Positions 52,276-64,000 of a stretch of DNA of 64,000 bases are shown here, piece after piece (positions within the stretch are counted from its first letter, which is position 1; every line of letters begins with the position of its first letter). Made by a program: the position numbers and the translations under genes. The stretch comes from Eledone cirrhosa. Its lineage: Eukaryota. Location: contig OZ024745.1 in assembly GCA_964016885.1 (NCBI GenBank), forward strand, positions 27,528,001 through 27,592,000, in the 5' to 3' direction. The notes below the pieces were generated by a model that was not told the origin of the DNA, searched no databases, and saw only the letters and a list, made by a program, of their open reading frames with translations.

Positions 52276-53348
52276 GTGTGTTACATGAAATATATAATTA
52301 CATGTCGTAAATCATTAAAGTGACGTTTATAATAAATGAAGAATACAACAGATCAACTCTCGCTATAATGTTGGGATTACTTATGATCAACTTAAGATAC
52401 AAACAACATATATTGAAAGATATATTCTGAAAATAGAACGAGCAGGTCTTTATCTGTCATCATCAATTTGGTTAAAATGTGACCGACTCAAATCAAATAA
52501 TTGAACACCAAAAGCTTCTGACATCCAACGATAATTTTACGGTAGTTAAAACGTTTGCGTTAAATCCTCTTTTAAACACCATTATTAATATAGATTTATT
52601 TCTTCCTCCATCGTCTTTATAGTGGATTCTTTATAGATAATGTTTCTAAAAATATCTTATGTAGCTTTCTTTTAGCTCTACATGTATAAATGTGGACTTC
52701 ATTGACGGGATCATTTAAATTATCATTGTCATGGAGTGACATACTTTCACCAAATATATCGCGTCCCAAATTTAAAAATAATTCTAAAATGATTCTGTTA
52801 GTAATCGGCTCTTTTTGTTTTTCTTATAGATTTTTGCTTTAGACACTAACAGTACGAGGCGTACATTTTTATCGGAAATTAACCTTTCTAAGAAGGTACC
52901 GCCTCTGACATAGATGTTACATTAGCTTCTTAGTCTACTCGCATTAAACTTATTAAACTTGCGCTACGGTATTCAGCATAAATCATTGGCTATCGTATAA
53001 TATTTTTATTACATAGGATATTATTTTTATTGATTTAACAATGGACATAGAAAATCTGTTTTTAAACATCTTTGCTTTATTTTCTATTGTTCGTGTTTCA
53101 TTGCATACTTGTTCGATATTGGCACACATTATCAACATGTTATTTCGAAACTCTATTTTGCGAAGAATAATGAAATATGAGACATCTGTTGAACTTACTG
53201 AAGATATGTGAAGCATCACTATGTTTTTGCTTTATTAATTTTCCTATCAGATTCCGTGATGTTATTGGATTTATTTCCATTTTTACAGTGTTATGTTTCA
53301 GCGTCCATATTTTTTTTATTCAACTCGCGTCAGAGCCTTTTCATGTCA

Positions 53349-53379
<31 letters not shown>
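53349..53379. repeat. (TAA)n tail or target of the intact R4/Dong element
   Basis: (ATT)10 on the plus strand directly abuts the element 3' UTR. Confidence 0.9.
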
Positions 53380-53380
<1 letters not shown>

Positions 53381-53523
53381 AGTTGCATTTATCTTGCTTT
53401 ATGTTCATACGAGTTATCACCAAGTCACAACCAGTGACCTCAAGAGACAACAAGGTCCGCCATGTTCAAGAAAGAACATACATATTCACACATGCATCTT
53501 TAGTGTTTAGACTTGTGATGTAC

Positions 53524-56500
53524 TTATATTGACAGAATCTTCCTTAGTATATGGGCAGTTCCCATTAGTACTATCTTTTGTATTTCTCCTATACGCGGGT
53601 TTCCTGGGATTTGCGATATGTAATCATTAGACCCCTTAGGTATCATTCCTAGAGCGCCTACAACCACTGGTATTGTTTTAGTTCTCAATTTCCACATTTT
53701 TCCAATTTCTATCTCCAGGTCCTTATACTTGCTCAATTTTTCAAATGTTTTTATAGATACATTCTTGTCTATTGGAACAGACATATCAATTAGCAGGCAT
53801 ACCCTCTTTTGAAAGTCTTTCAATATTATATCAGGTCTGTTTGCATCTATTTTTCGGTCTGTTTGGATGCTAAAGTTCCACAAGATTGAGATGTGATCTT
53901 TTTCAAGTATGGGAGGTGGTTGATGCTCCCACCAATTCTTTTGATGGGGCAGGTCAAAATGCTTACACATTATCCAATGTATGTATTGTGCAGCTCTGTC
54001 ATGCCTGTTTAGGTATTCGGTTGGAGCTATAGGACTGCACATTGAAATTATATGGTCAATGGTCTCTGGTTGTTTTTTGCATACACGGCATAATGGGCTG
54101 CACCCATTTTTTATTATGTTGGCTTGGTAATTTTTTGTTGGCAGACACTGATCTTGTGCCGATATAATCAGTCCTTCAGTCTCCGATTTCAGTCCAGAGG
54201 ATGCCAACCACTGATGGGTTAAAGTTTTGTCAACATCAGGATTGTTAGCTCGCTCTGGGTATTTTCCATACAGAGGCTTTTCTTGCCATTTCTTAGCCAG
54301 TTTCTGTAGCAGTTCTTTCTTTGCAGTTACTTTTACCTGCTTTGCTTTTTCTGTGTTTTCCATTTCAGCAGTAAATGGGACTTCTGAAATTTGTAGTCCA
54401 TTACTGTATCTTTGTGCATCTTTTGTAATGGAATATGATCTTTTGATGCTTTCGTGTTTCAAAACGAGTTTGATCATCCAATCATGTGATTCCCTTAGAT
54501 ATGTAGATAATCCAATTGTTGCAATTTTCAACGCAATGTCTAACTGGATTAACCCACGTCCTCCTTCTTTCCTAGGGAGATATATTCTATCTATATCTGC
54601 TTTAGGGTGATGCATTCTGTGCATGGTTAAGAATTTTCGAATTTTTGTATCGAGCCTACGGATCTCTGTGCTTGACCAGTTGATGACATTGTAACTGTAG
54701 GTTACTACTGGTATGGCAAGCGTGTTTATGGCATCGATCCTATTCCTTGCTTTCAATTCCGTTTTTAAGATTGCTCTCACTCTGTGGTAACATTCCTTCC
54801 TTATCCTTTCCCTCATTGTCGAGTGCTTGATTCCGTCTCCTTCACAAACACCTAGATATTTGTAAGTGTTTTCTTGATCAAGTTCTCTTATCACGTTCCC
54901 CCGATCAAGATTAATGTCTGAACTCTTCAGCAGCTTTCCTCTGGTGAACGTTGCTTTGGCGCATTTATCTAGTCCAAACTCCATTTTAATGTCATCACTG
55001 AACTGCTTCACAGTGGATAATAGCCCTTGCAATTGTTCATCATTTTTTGCAAATAGTTTCAGGTCATCCATGTAGAACAGGTGATTAATGGTTTTGTCAT
55101 AGACTTTATATCCATGATTTGTTTCATTGAGCATTTTACTTAATGGTATAAGTGCGATGCAGAATAAAAGCGGTGATAAAGAGTCACCCTGAAAAATTCC
55201 ACACTTAATATTAACTTCTCCAGCTTCCAGTGATTTTGTTTCACTATTCAAAAGGAGTGTCGTTTTCCATGTCTTCATACTGAATGACAAAAACCTCCTG
55301 ACAACGGGGGATACTTTGAAAATCTCTAAACATTTTTCAATCCAACTGTGTGGCAAACTATCAAATGCTTTTTTATAATCTATCCAAGCAATCGATAGAT
55401 TTTTGTGTCTATTATGACAATCTTCCAGTATCATTTTGTTAAACAGAAGCTGATCCTTACAGCCATATGAGCTTCGTTTACACCCTTTCTGCTCAATGGG
55501 AAATAGGTCATTTGTTATCAGGTGGTCATATGTGTATTCAGTTAGGACTGATGTTAAAATTTTATACATTGTGGTCAAGCGAGTTATCGGTCTGTAATTT
55601 TTGGGATTGCTTGTCTCATCATTCTTCGGAAGCAGGAATGTAATGCCGTTAACTAGCCATGAAGGTATCTTTTCTGGCTCCTTAACTATTTCATTGTAAA
55701 GTTGGGCTAACAGCTCATGAGACTCTGTGAAGGCATTTATCCAAAAGTTTTGTATTTTGTCTTTTCCTGGGGATTTCCATTTGCTGGTTTTTCTTAGAGC
55801 CAAGCGCAACTGTTCAACTGTTATATTTTCCCATGTTTGTTCCTCAAGGTGAGCTGTATTTTTCATTTGTCTGTCTATCCATGGGGCATGTATGTTATGA
55901 ACTTTTTCTTCGGCCCAGATCTTTTCCCAGAATTCTTGCACTTCCTCCTTGGGTGGTATTGATTTAGCAGTTATTGTTGACTTACCAATTTTTCTGTAGA
56001 AGTTTCTTTGGTTGTTTTTGAACATATTATTGTCCTTATAGAATCTAGATCGTTTTTCAAAGCGCCTTATACGAGCAGCTTTGGCCGACACTTTTTGCTT
56101 GATTATTTCTATCAGCATGTCTATGTCACATGTTGATTTTATACTGTACTTTTTTTTAAATTTTCTAAGTTTAGTTTGTTTAACATGTTCACCTACTTTA
56201 TAGTTTGTTAAAATTTCTATGTCAGATCGGAGAAGGTTTATTTGGCGATTGATGTTCTCTTGCCAAGTAGATTTCTTGTGGGAATTCCTTTGTTTTTTCA
56301 TCTTCACTCCACATAAGTGAGTGGTGACTTTAGCCGATGCATAATAGAGATGGTTTAAATCAGTAATGTTTAGTTTGTTTGTGATGATAATGTTTTTGAG
56401 AATTATGTTAGTCTTGTGTATTATCTTTTGGTTCTGTTTGGAGTTCTGGATCTTAGGGAGTTTGTCTCGTTGCCCCATGTCAGATTCTTTCATTTTCATC

Positions 56501-57174
56501 CATTCGATCATAATTTCATCCTTCAAGTTGGCAAGTTCATTCTCATTCATTTCTTTATCATTTACGATCTCATTATTTTCATTTGGAGTTTCATCCTGAG
56601 CATGCACTCCCTCCATTTTTTCGATCCTTTCTTTAATTTTTTCTGTTGCCAGTGATTCCGCCCCAATCCTGGGATTCGAAGTGTTACAGTTTACCTCGTT
56701 TTCACTGACACATGTTTCATTTTCCCTTTGCTGACTTTGTGCTAATAGCTTGATCTGATCAATTTCTATATCAGTTAGTAACTTTTTTCTTACAATATTT
56801 CTTCGTATATTGGCTAGTTTGTTGCTGTCAATATAGCCTCTGTTTTCGGGATGTTTCTTTTTCCAGTTGATATATGTCTGTTCTATATTCGATGTATTTG
56901 ATGGGTAGTACATGGCAGTGTAGAAAGCCTCAAGGACTTCTTTATTATCTTCCCTTGACCATTTTTCTCTCTTTTTCTTTGGATTTCTTGGTGGTGAGCA
57001 TGGAGGGCCAACAGTAGGAGTATTCCGGTTATGGGAGGTCTCCAGCTCCGAAGTGATGGGAAGGTTTGAACCATTAGCTGATTTTTCGACCCCAGTCTGG
57101 TTCCTCTCTGAGGGACGCGGCCCTTTTTTACCCGGGTGACGGCCGATCCGGTATGAGATTTTATCATTAGACAT
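53524..57174 (-). CDS. Intact 1216-aa ORF of an R4/Dong-clade non-LTR retrotransposon (RT, CCHC finger, restriction-like endonuclease); element about 53380-57375
   Basis: Uninterrupted ORF with WIDYKKAFDSLPHSW, GIFQGDSLSPLLF, HLFYMDDLKL, CRVCKKQPETIDHIISMC, RHD and NRPDIIL..LLIDMSVP..KLSKY. Confidence 0.95.
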   Translation of the reverse strand: MSNDKISYRIGRHPGKKGPRPSERNQTGVEKSANGSNLPITSELETSHNRNTPTVGPPCSPPRNPKKKREKWSREDNKEVLEAFYTAMYYPSNTSNIEQTYINWKKKHPENRGYIDSNKLANIRRNIVRKKLLTDIEIDQIKLLAQSQQRENETCVSENEVNCNTSNPRIGAESLATEKIKERIEKMEGVHAQDETPNENNEIVNDKEMNENELANLKDEIMIEWMKMKESDMGQRDKLPKIQNSKQNQKIIHKTNIILKNIIITNKLNITDLNHLYYASAKVTTHLCGVKMKKQRNSHKKSTWQENINRQINLLRSDIEILTNYKVGEHVKQTKLRKFKKKYSIKSTCDIDMLIEIIKQKVSAKAARIRRFEKRSRFYKDNNMFKNNQRNFYRKIGKSTITAKSIPPKEEVQEFWEKIWAEEKVHNIHAPWIDRQMKNTAHLEEQTWENITVEQLRLALRKTSKWKSPGKDKIQNFWINAFTESHELLAQLYNEIVKEPEKIPSWLVNGITFLLPKNDETSNPKNYRPITRLTTMYKILTSVLTEYTYDHLITNDLFPIEQKGCKRSSYGCKDQLLFNKMILEDCHNRHKNLSIAWIDYKKAFDSLPHSWIEKCLEIFKVSPVVRRFLSFSMKTWKTTLLLNSETKSLEAGEVNIKCGIFQGDSLSPLLFCIALIPLSKMLNETNHGYKVYDKTINHLFYMDDLKLFAKNDEQLQGLLSTVKQFSDDIKMEFGLDKCAKATFTRGKLLKSSDINLDRGNVIRELDQENTYKYLGVCEGDGIKHSTMRERIRKECYHRVRAILKTELKARNRIDAINTLAIPVVTYSYNVINWSSTEIRRLDTKIRKFLTMHRMHHPKADIDRIYLPRKEGGRGLIQLDIALKIATIGLSTYLRESHDWMIKLVLKHESIKRSYSITKDAQRYSNGLQISEVPFTAEMENTEKAKQVKVTAKKELLQKLAKKWQEKPLYGKYPERANNPDVDKTLTHQWLASSGLKSETEGLIISAQDQCLPTKNYQANIIKNGCSPLCRVCKKQPETIDHIISMCSPIAPTEYLNRHDRAAQYIHWIMCKHFDLPHQKNWWEHQPPPILEKDHISILWNFSIQTDRKIDANRPDIILKDFQKRVCLLIDMSVPIDKNVSIKTFEKLSKYKDLEIEIGKMWKLRTKTIPVVVGALGMIPKGSNDYISQIPGNPRIGEIQKIVLMGTAHILRKILSI

Positions 57175-57418
57175 TTACTTTATTTTGTCGCGTTTTATCC
57201 TTATCCGCCAAGGGGTAATAATTTCGTGTTACCACTTCTAGAACGAGTGTCAACCAAGACTAGAGGGGTCGTTCTCCCCTAGAGACACGGCTATTCCCCG
57301 CCGGCCGCCATCCCGGTATTTCTTGGTCGCGGGGTTTTCTTTTTGTTGTTTTTTTTTAAAATTGTTATTATCATGAGTGGTTCCTTAATGTGAGCATTGC
57401 GTGGCTTAAGAATGAAAT

Positions 57419-57474
57419 TATTAATAATTGTCTCCACTCCAGGCACAAGGCCAGCAATCACCCAGTGCATTACA
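57419..57474 (-). mobile_element. SINE S1 3' tail fragment
   Basis: AATAATTGTCTC..AGGCACAAGGCCAGCAAT.ACCCAGTGCATTAC. Confidence 0.7.
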
Positions 57475-58252
57475 ATAATATAATATACTTTTTGTTGTGG
57501 TTGGCTGTTATTGTTGTTGGCTATGTCGGTGGTGGTGCCGGGGCTTTTTATATTGTTGGTGAGGAAGGGGTGAGCCAGCAGTCCCATAATTGTTGATGTG
57601 GCCAGGTCACTAAGTCAATCTATTTATATCTTTTGCTAGCCTCTCCCTTGTCTAGTGATACCGCCACCTTCCCCTTTCTCTCTCAAGTTAACAGGGAATA
57701 GTGGTGGTAGCATTGAAGGAGTGGTGGCGGCGGGGAGATGTGGGAGACAGTAGCGACGGTATCGATACTGAGACAGTGGTGGTGGTGATGTCGATACCGA
57801 GGCAGTGGTGATCGTATTACTGTAGTGATGGTGTTGTAGCGGTGGCAGCAATGAAGGAGTGGTGGTAATGATGGCAGTAGTGAGTGGTGGTGGTGAAATT
57901 GCCGTTATCTGGCTGTTGTGTTTAGTGTACACAGAGAGGTGATGGGGTAGGTGTTGTATCTAGTTTCTGGTGTTGTTTGGCTGTTCTATATAGCGTAGAC
58001 AGATGAGGGGGGGGGTTTCTTCTTCCATTTATAGCCATTTTCTGTTTTGAATATACAATGTACAATACAAAGTTGAATATTTGAATATTTGAGCCTTATA
58101 ACAATATATTTTGGGTCTGAATTTTTTTGGGGCTCAAGCCGGATGCTTTACGTAGCATTTGTACTAAGAGTTGTTATTTCACAAATGATTTAAATATGTT
58201 AAAAATTCAAAACTTACGGGAGCGATTTCATGACCTTCTACCACCTCGTGCG

Positions 58253-58364
58253 TCTTCTTCTTCTTCTTCTTCTTCTTCTTCTTCTTCTTCTTCTTCTTCT
58301 TCTTCTTCTTCTTCTTCTTCTTCTTCTTCTTCTTCTTCTTCTTCTTCTTCTTCTTCTTCTTCTT

Positions 58365-58433
<69 letters not shown>
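58253..58433. repeat. Compound (TCT)n(TAT)n microsatellite
   Basis: Seen directly. Confidence 0.97.
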
Positions 58434-58877
58434 GGCGACCTACGTAGGAAATCGTATTATCGTGAGCTCCGCAAAGGTTTGTTGTTTTCAGTTGTTTCAA
58501 ATTGCCAGTTATGGAAAACTTTTGTTGTTAAGTGTTTATAAGATTACATATATTGCTTTCTGAAAAGGACACTCAAAATGATTGGGGCCTTGAGCTCAAA
58601 ATTTAAACTTTTATAATTATCAAACAAAAACATGGACGCCTCACAGCCACACGAAGCTGACAGCCTTCCTCACAAACTAACACCTCACACCAACACCACC
58701 ATTGTAAATATTACTACGTTTGCCAACACTAAAAATATAAGCAGTGGAAATAATTTAAATTTGTCTCATGCAGACATTCATTTCCTGCCATTACCAATAA
58801 CTGCAGGTGTTAAAGCTGCCACCACCACAGCGACAACAGAACCCCCGTAAAAATAATTATTATCTCGTGACATCGAA

Positions 58878-60552
58878 ATGGATTCACCAAGAATCGACTC
58901 TTCCACGCCAAACACCACTGACGCCACCACCACCACCACAACTGAAACTAAAAATAACAATAACAACAACAGCAACAACAACAACATCAACACCAGCGCA
59001 AAACAAAATGTGTCTTTTGCCAAAGCAGCCAAGAAAAGTGAAACAATCGAGATAAGTCAGGATGAATTAAATGAAGCCAAGCCAATGGTAAAAAAAGATG
59101 GGTACAGGGTCAGTCCCCCCCCACACACACCTAATAAAATGCACCGTGTCATATCGGACGATAAACACAAAATCACGCCGTGTGGAACGGGCATCCGAGT
59201 CCCAAATACAAAAAGCTTTGGGACATGTGTGGGCGAAACAAATCCACATCAGACGTGGGCAGAAATATGGAACTGTGGACGTGTTCTTTGGAACACTACA
59301 GGAAGCCAGAGAGCACTCCATGGCCCCATTAAGAAGTGACGACTTCACAATCGTCCCAAGCTATTGTAGTCAGAGACTCGTGAAGATCAGGGTGACCCAC
59401 GTTCCACCGGCCATCGAAATTCCCTGGCTAATGGCTGCCGTCCTCGCCGTCATCGAGGCCAACGCGAAAATAATTGAAATATCAAAAGAAAAGCAGGAGA
59501 ACTGGTCCGGATCTGGGATGGAGCTCCTGATCCAAGCGGACCATAAAAGCATTGAGGAGATCCCAGAGGTAATAGACCTCACTGACGGCAGCCACCCCAC
59601 CGTAATCATTAAGGGTAGAAGGCCTAGGTGTGTCGTTTGTGGTGAAGGAACCCACCTAAAGGCTTTCTGCCCCCAGGCTAAAAAGTTGAGGCTACCTCTC
59701 TTACCCACGCCAGTTACTCAACCATCAACACCACCAGCAGCAGAAATGGCAGCAACAACTGTAGCAGCAACAACAGAAGCAACCGTAGCAGCAACAACCC
59801 CAGCAACAGTAGCAAAACTAACACCACCACCACCCACCGCGCCAGAATTAACACCAGCGCCTCCACCATCCACCACGCCACAACCAAAACCAACGCCTGT
59901 GGAGGATTTTCCACTCCCTGACCTATCGCAACTGGAGACAGATTGTGACGACGAGGAGTGGGAAACTGTATCAGGAAAAAAGAAAAAAAGAAAAAGAACC
60001 CCAAAAAGAAAAAATCCTCTTCCTTCGCCCTCCAAAAACAAAATGCAGGGGCAAACAAATAAACAAACAAACAAAAAAGTTAGGACAGCTATGCCACCAT
60101 CCACACCAATATCACCAACTCCATCACCACAAACACCAACACCATCACCATTATTAACCCCAACACCATCATCACCAACACCACAAAAGTGACCAAAAAC
60201 TGAAACAGAAACAAACCCACAACAAACGCAAACAAAACAAAACAACCAAAACGATACACACTACACAGCCTTAAATTTGAACAACAACCAATTATTACAC
60301 TACATCCAACACAACACCAGCATCACAGAAAAAGACTACACAACAACCCAAAAATTCACACGACCTCCACACATACAAATCACTCGCATCACACAGAAAA
60401 CGTACACGACACTAAAACAAAAATTCCCCAAGGACATCGGAAACTTCCGACAAACACCCTCCAGGAGGATTTATAAGGACATCCTTCCTGAGGAGGCCAC
60501 AAGCAGTGAAAAGGATGGAAAAACCGTCCTTCCTCTACGAGAAGTAAGGTAA
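58878..60552 (+). pseudogene. ORF1 (gag-like) of an L1/Tx1 element, disrupted
   Basis: SFAKAA motif, zinc knuckle CVVCGEGTHLKAFC, Pro/Thr-rich tract and WETVSGKKKKRK; split over 58878-59339, 59098-60192 and 60277-60552. Confidence 0.8.
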
Positions 60553-60587
60553 GTGGTCTTTCCCATCTTTTTCCACTCTTTTTCAAC

Positions 60588-63500
60588 ATGACCTCACTCA
60601 GAATAGGCAGCATAAATGCGTGTGGCCTGGGGTCGTCATGGAAGCAGGGCCACCTGCTCAACGACCACAGGTCACTAAACATAGATGTGGTGGCCATCAG
60701 CGAGACCAGAATCTCCGGGCCTTCGCACCGATCTTCGGCGGCTACGATGTGTACGCATCTCCCAGCCGTCCTGGATCGGGGGGAGGAGTTGCTGTGCTTT
60801 TTCGGAGACGTTTGGATCTCGCCATACGGGCCATCTTCCTGGACCCAGAAAGTAAGTTGGTGGTGCTGGACGTGACCAGCGGAGACGGGCAAGCTTTCAG
60901 GCTAGTGGCCGTCTATGCCCCGAGAGGAGCAGGGCGGCCTGATTTCTTCCGGCGTCAGGAGACCTTTCTTGGAACGTCCCGCTCTTTAGTGTTAGTGGGC
61001 GACTGGAACGGGATCTTAGATACACGCTGGGACTGGGTGGGATTAGCGGATAGGGGAAGAGGGTGTAAAAGCCTCGCAAACTTGCTCAGACGGTTTCAAA
61101 TGTCTGACAGGTACCGTCTGGATTTCTCGCATGTGCCAATGTGGACATGGACAAACCGCATTGGGTCATCAAGATCATATCTAGATAGGGTATTTTGTAA
61201 GGAAATAGATAGGTCTAGTATAGGCTGTCCAAATAGATAGGTCTAGTATAGGCTGTTCAAAATAGTCGACTACAGGGACCACAAATTCGTGATCTGTGAG
61301 GTTGACTTAGATAGGCTTCATAGACAGGGACCCGACTACTGGAAGCTAAACGCGTCATTAACAGCGCGCAAGGCCTACAGAGACCGGATTAGTGAACTAG
61401 TTAAGCGGGTGTTGACGGGAGTCATTGTCAACAACAAATAGTGGTTTGCTCTGCAAAGAGCGATTAGAATAGAGTCCATTAGGCTTAGTAAGGCTTTAGC
61501 AATAGAGAAAAATAGAGCAGAGGGAGAATTAGTTAGAAAATTAGACGAGGCGCTTAGCAAAGGCATCGCGACCGACGTACTTGCGGCGAAATTGGCCCTT
61601 GACCAATTCTTCAATGCAAAGCACGAAGGCTGCGTTGTCAGAGCTAGGGTGCGTGCTCTCAGACACGAGGGGACGAAAGCCGTTCAATGGGCACGAGTGG
61701 CGGAGGTGCGTCGTGGCAACAAAGCCACGATCCGGTCTTTGGTGGACCATGACAGGCACATACTACACGATCCCGGGAAAATGTGTGAAGCTTTTAAGCA
61801 ACACTTCGCTCAGCTGTTCGGGGGCAGCGGCGCGCCAGATCGAGGGATGGACTTTAGTGTCTACCTCGACGGACTGCCGCAGCTCTCGGCCACTGAGACG
61901 GAGTGTTGCGAAAAGCCGATAACAGCCGCTGAAGTACGGGAGGCAATGACGGGCTGCACAAGGGGTAAATCGCCTGGTTTGGATGGTCTGCCCTATGAAC
62001 TATACGTACAGATGCCAGACTTGTTCGGAGGCCTCTTGGCCGACGTCTACTGCAACTGGCAACAGAACGGGAGAATTCCCAGCTATGTGAGCCGAGGTGG
62101 CGCTGCTGAGAAAGTATCCGAACAAGGGGGATAACATAGATAATTTCAGGCCTATAACTCTGCTAAACACAGAGTTCAAGATTTTGGCCAAGGTGCTAGC
62201 AAAGAGGTTGGCGCTTGTCGCTGGTGGTCTGGTGGGAGAGGCGCAGACATGCGCCATTCCCGACAGATCCATCCACGACAACCTCCACCTCATGCAATAC
62301 ATCGTGGAGAGGGTAGCTAGGGAACCTGGCACGGGTGGGACTTTGATCAATTTAGATCAGTCGAAAGCTTTCGATAGGGTCCACCATCGTTACCTAGTGG
62401 CAGTCCTGAGGGCGGCTGGCTTTGGGCCCGTCTTCAGAGGCTAGATCGCTGCCATGCACAGTGACATCTGCTCTGTGGTGAGAGTGAACGGTCACCTTTC
62501 GGAACCGTTCAACATCATGCGCTCGGTCCGCCAAGGATGTCCCCTCTCGTCCCTCTTGTACGTATTGACTCCCGAGCCATTACTGCACAAACTGGAGACG
62601 TTGAGGGGGATCCCGCGCGAACTAGGACGCGGAAGATCCGTGTCAGCATATGTGGACGATGTCACCGTAGTGGTGTCGAACGCCAAATACATCGAGGCGA
62701 TCGGCACTACACTATGAGAATACGAAGCGGTGACAGGAGCAATGATCAACCAGGAAAAGTCAGTGGGCCTGCAGCTCGGCACCTGGAGAGGCAGGTCCAT
62801 GCCGTCCAACAGCGTCGTCGGGCGCTGGACGGACGGACCGGTTAAATTGCTAGGGGTCTTGTTCGGTCCGGACCTCCAGACGGACAAAACTGGAACGAGG
62901 TGACGAGCAGGGTGGCTTCTCTCACCCAGAAATGGGCGGAGAGGAAGCTATCCCTGAAAGGTCAAGCGGAGGTGGCTAACGCGTACATCGCGTGCGTCAT
63001 CTACTACCGCCTGACCGTCGTACCTTGTCCTAATCCCCGCCTGACTGCGCTGGAGCGTTTGCTCTTTCGCTTTTGATGGAAGGGACGCGCTCCGATGGTC
63101 AGGCGGTCCATCTGCTGTCAACATCCGCTACGTGGAGGGCTGGGCATGCTGTGGCTGATGATGCGCAGACACGCGCTGAGGCTACGACATCTCCACCTCT
63201 TTCTCGACGGTGATCAGGTGTGGTCGCCGTTTGCTAGACGCGTCTTTCCCCAGCTCGTCTCCTTGACGGAGCTGCAGTCCTGGGTCAAGCGAAGACCGAG
63301 AGGGAGCGCTTGGAGACTGGAGTGTCTTCAGGCGCTCACAGCCCTCGACCAATCGGGCAATGTGATCGGTGGAAACTCCACCTTGACGTTCTATAGAGGA
63401 TCAGTGGAGGGGAAGAGCGACGACGTACTTGGGGAAACTCTAGGCGTCGACGAAAATCAACTAGCCAATCTCTTCGGAAGAACTTTCGGGCCGGAGCCTA

Positions 63501-64000
63501 TGGACAACTTTCAGAAATCCCTGGCCTGGCAGTGCTATGGAGGAGCTTTGCCAGTTCGGGATAAACTCTACAGGCATGGAGGTGCCGTCAGCCGGGCATG
63601 TCCGAGATGCGCGCAGGGCGACAAAACCGTCCTGCACGCACTCGTCCAGTGTCCGAGCATTGCTGACTTGTGGGTTTATCTCGAACACCTGCTGTCGCGT
63701 GTAGGACGGATCCAGCTATCAGCTGAGTCCATCGTGAGGATTGCCCCGCCCTCTTCTTTTAGCCGGGAAGGGCAGGCAATTTTTATCTGTCTGGTGGCCA
63801 TGGCGAAAGAGATAGAATGGTGGACACGTTTGAAAAGGCTGAAGACGAGCACTTACCTCTTCGGTGATGCCCTGATTAACTTTTTCAAATTTCATTTAAA
63901 AAGGAAAATCAGGGTAGAGAGGGAAGTGCTCTCTTCCCAGCATTTTGTTGAAAGATGGGTGAGAGAGGCAAGAATGGCCCGAGTGAATGGGCCTACTCTG
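60588..64000 (+). pseudogene. ORF2 (APE endonuclease and RT) of an L1/Tx1 element with multiple frameshifts and stops
   Basis: IGSINACGL, ISET, VYAP, VGDWN, SYLDR, KSPGLDGLPYE, NFRPITLLNTEFKILAK, LDQSKAFDRV, VRQGCPLS, AYVDD and a C-terminal CPRC..H...C; 26-bp duplication at 61203/61231. Confidence 0.92.

Noticed and set aside
57480-57960. Pro/Thr/His-rich ORFs
   Set aside because: Degenerate (GGT)n low-complexity DNA.

Overview
AT-rich, microsatellite-dense animal genomic DNA made almost entirely of transposable elements. The SINE and LINE repertoire resembles what I recall for octopus or another coleoid cephalopod; that is an inference, not a database hit. No host gene could be identified with confidence. 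Main content: decayed RTE LINEs, a CRE-clade element, an L1/Tx1 element, tRNA-derived SINEs, mariner and hAT MITEs, and four R4/Dong-clade elements with restriction-like endonucleases. Three of the R4/Dong elements sit in tandem inside (CATA)n; the fourth has an intact 1216-aa ORF, a (TAA)n tail and a pseudoknotted 5' UTR. The most striking non-coding signal is a set of four unrelated short elements in (TA)n or (CA)n that carry hammerhead-ribozyme motifs of the Penelope pLTR type. Three of these families form near-perfect fold-back palindromes, and two copies of one family fold exactly at ribozyme stem II. All alignments, folds and counts were done by eye, so boundaries of decayed repeats are approximate.
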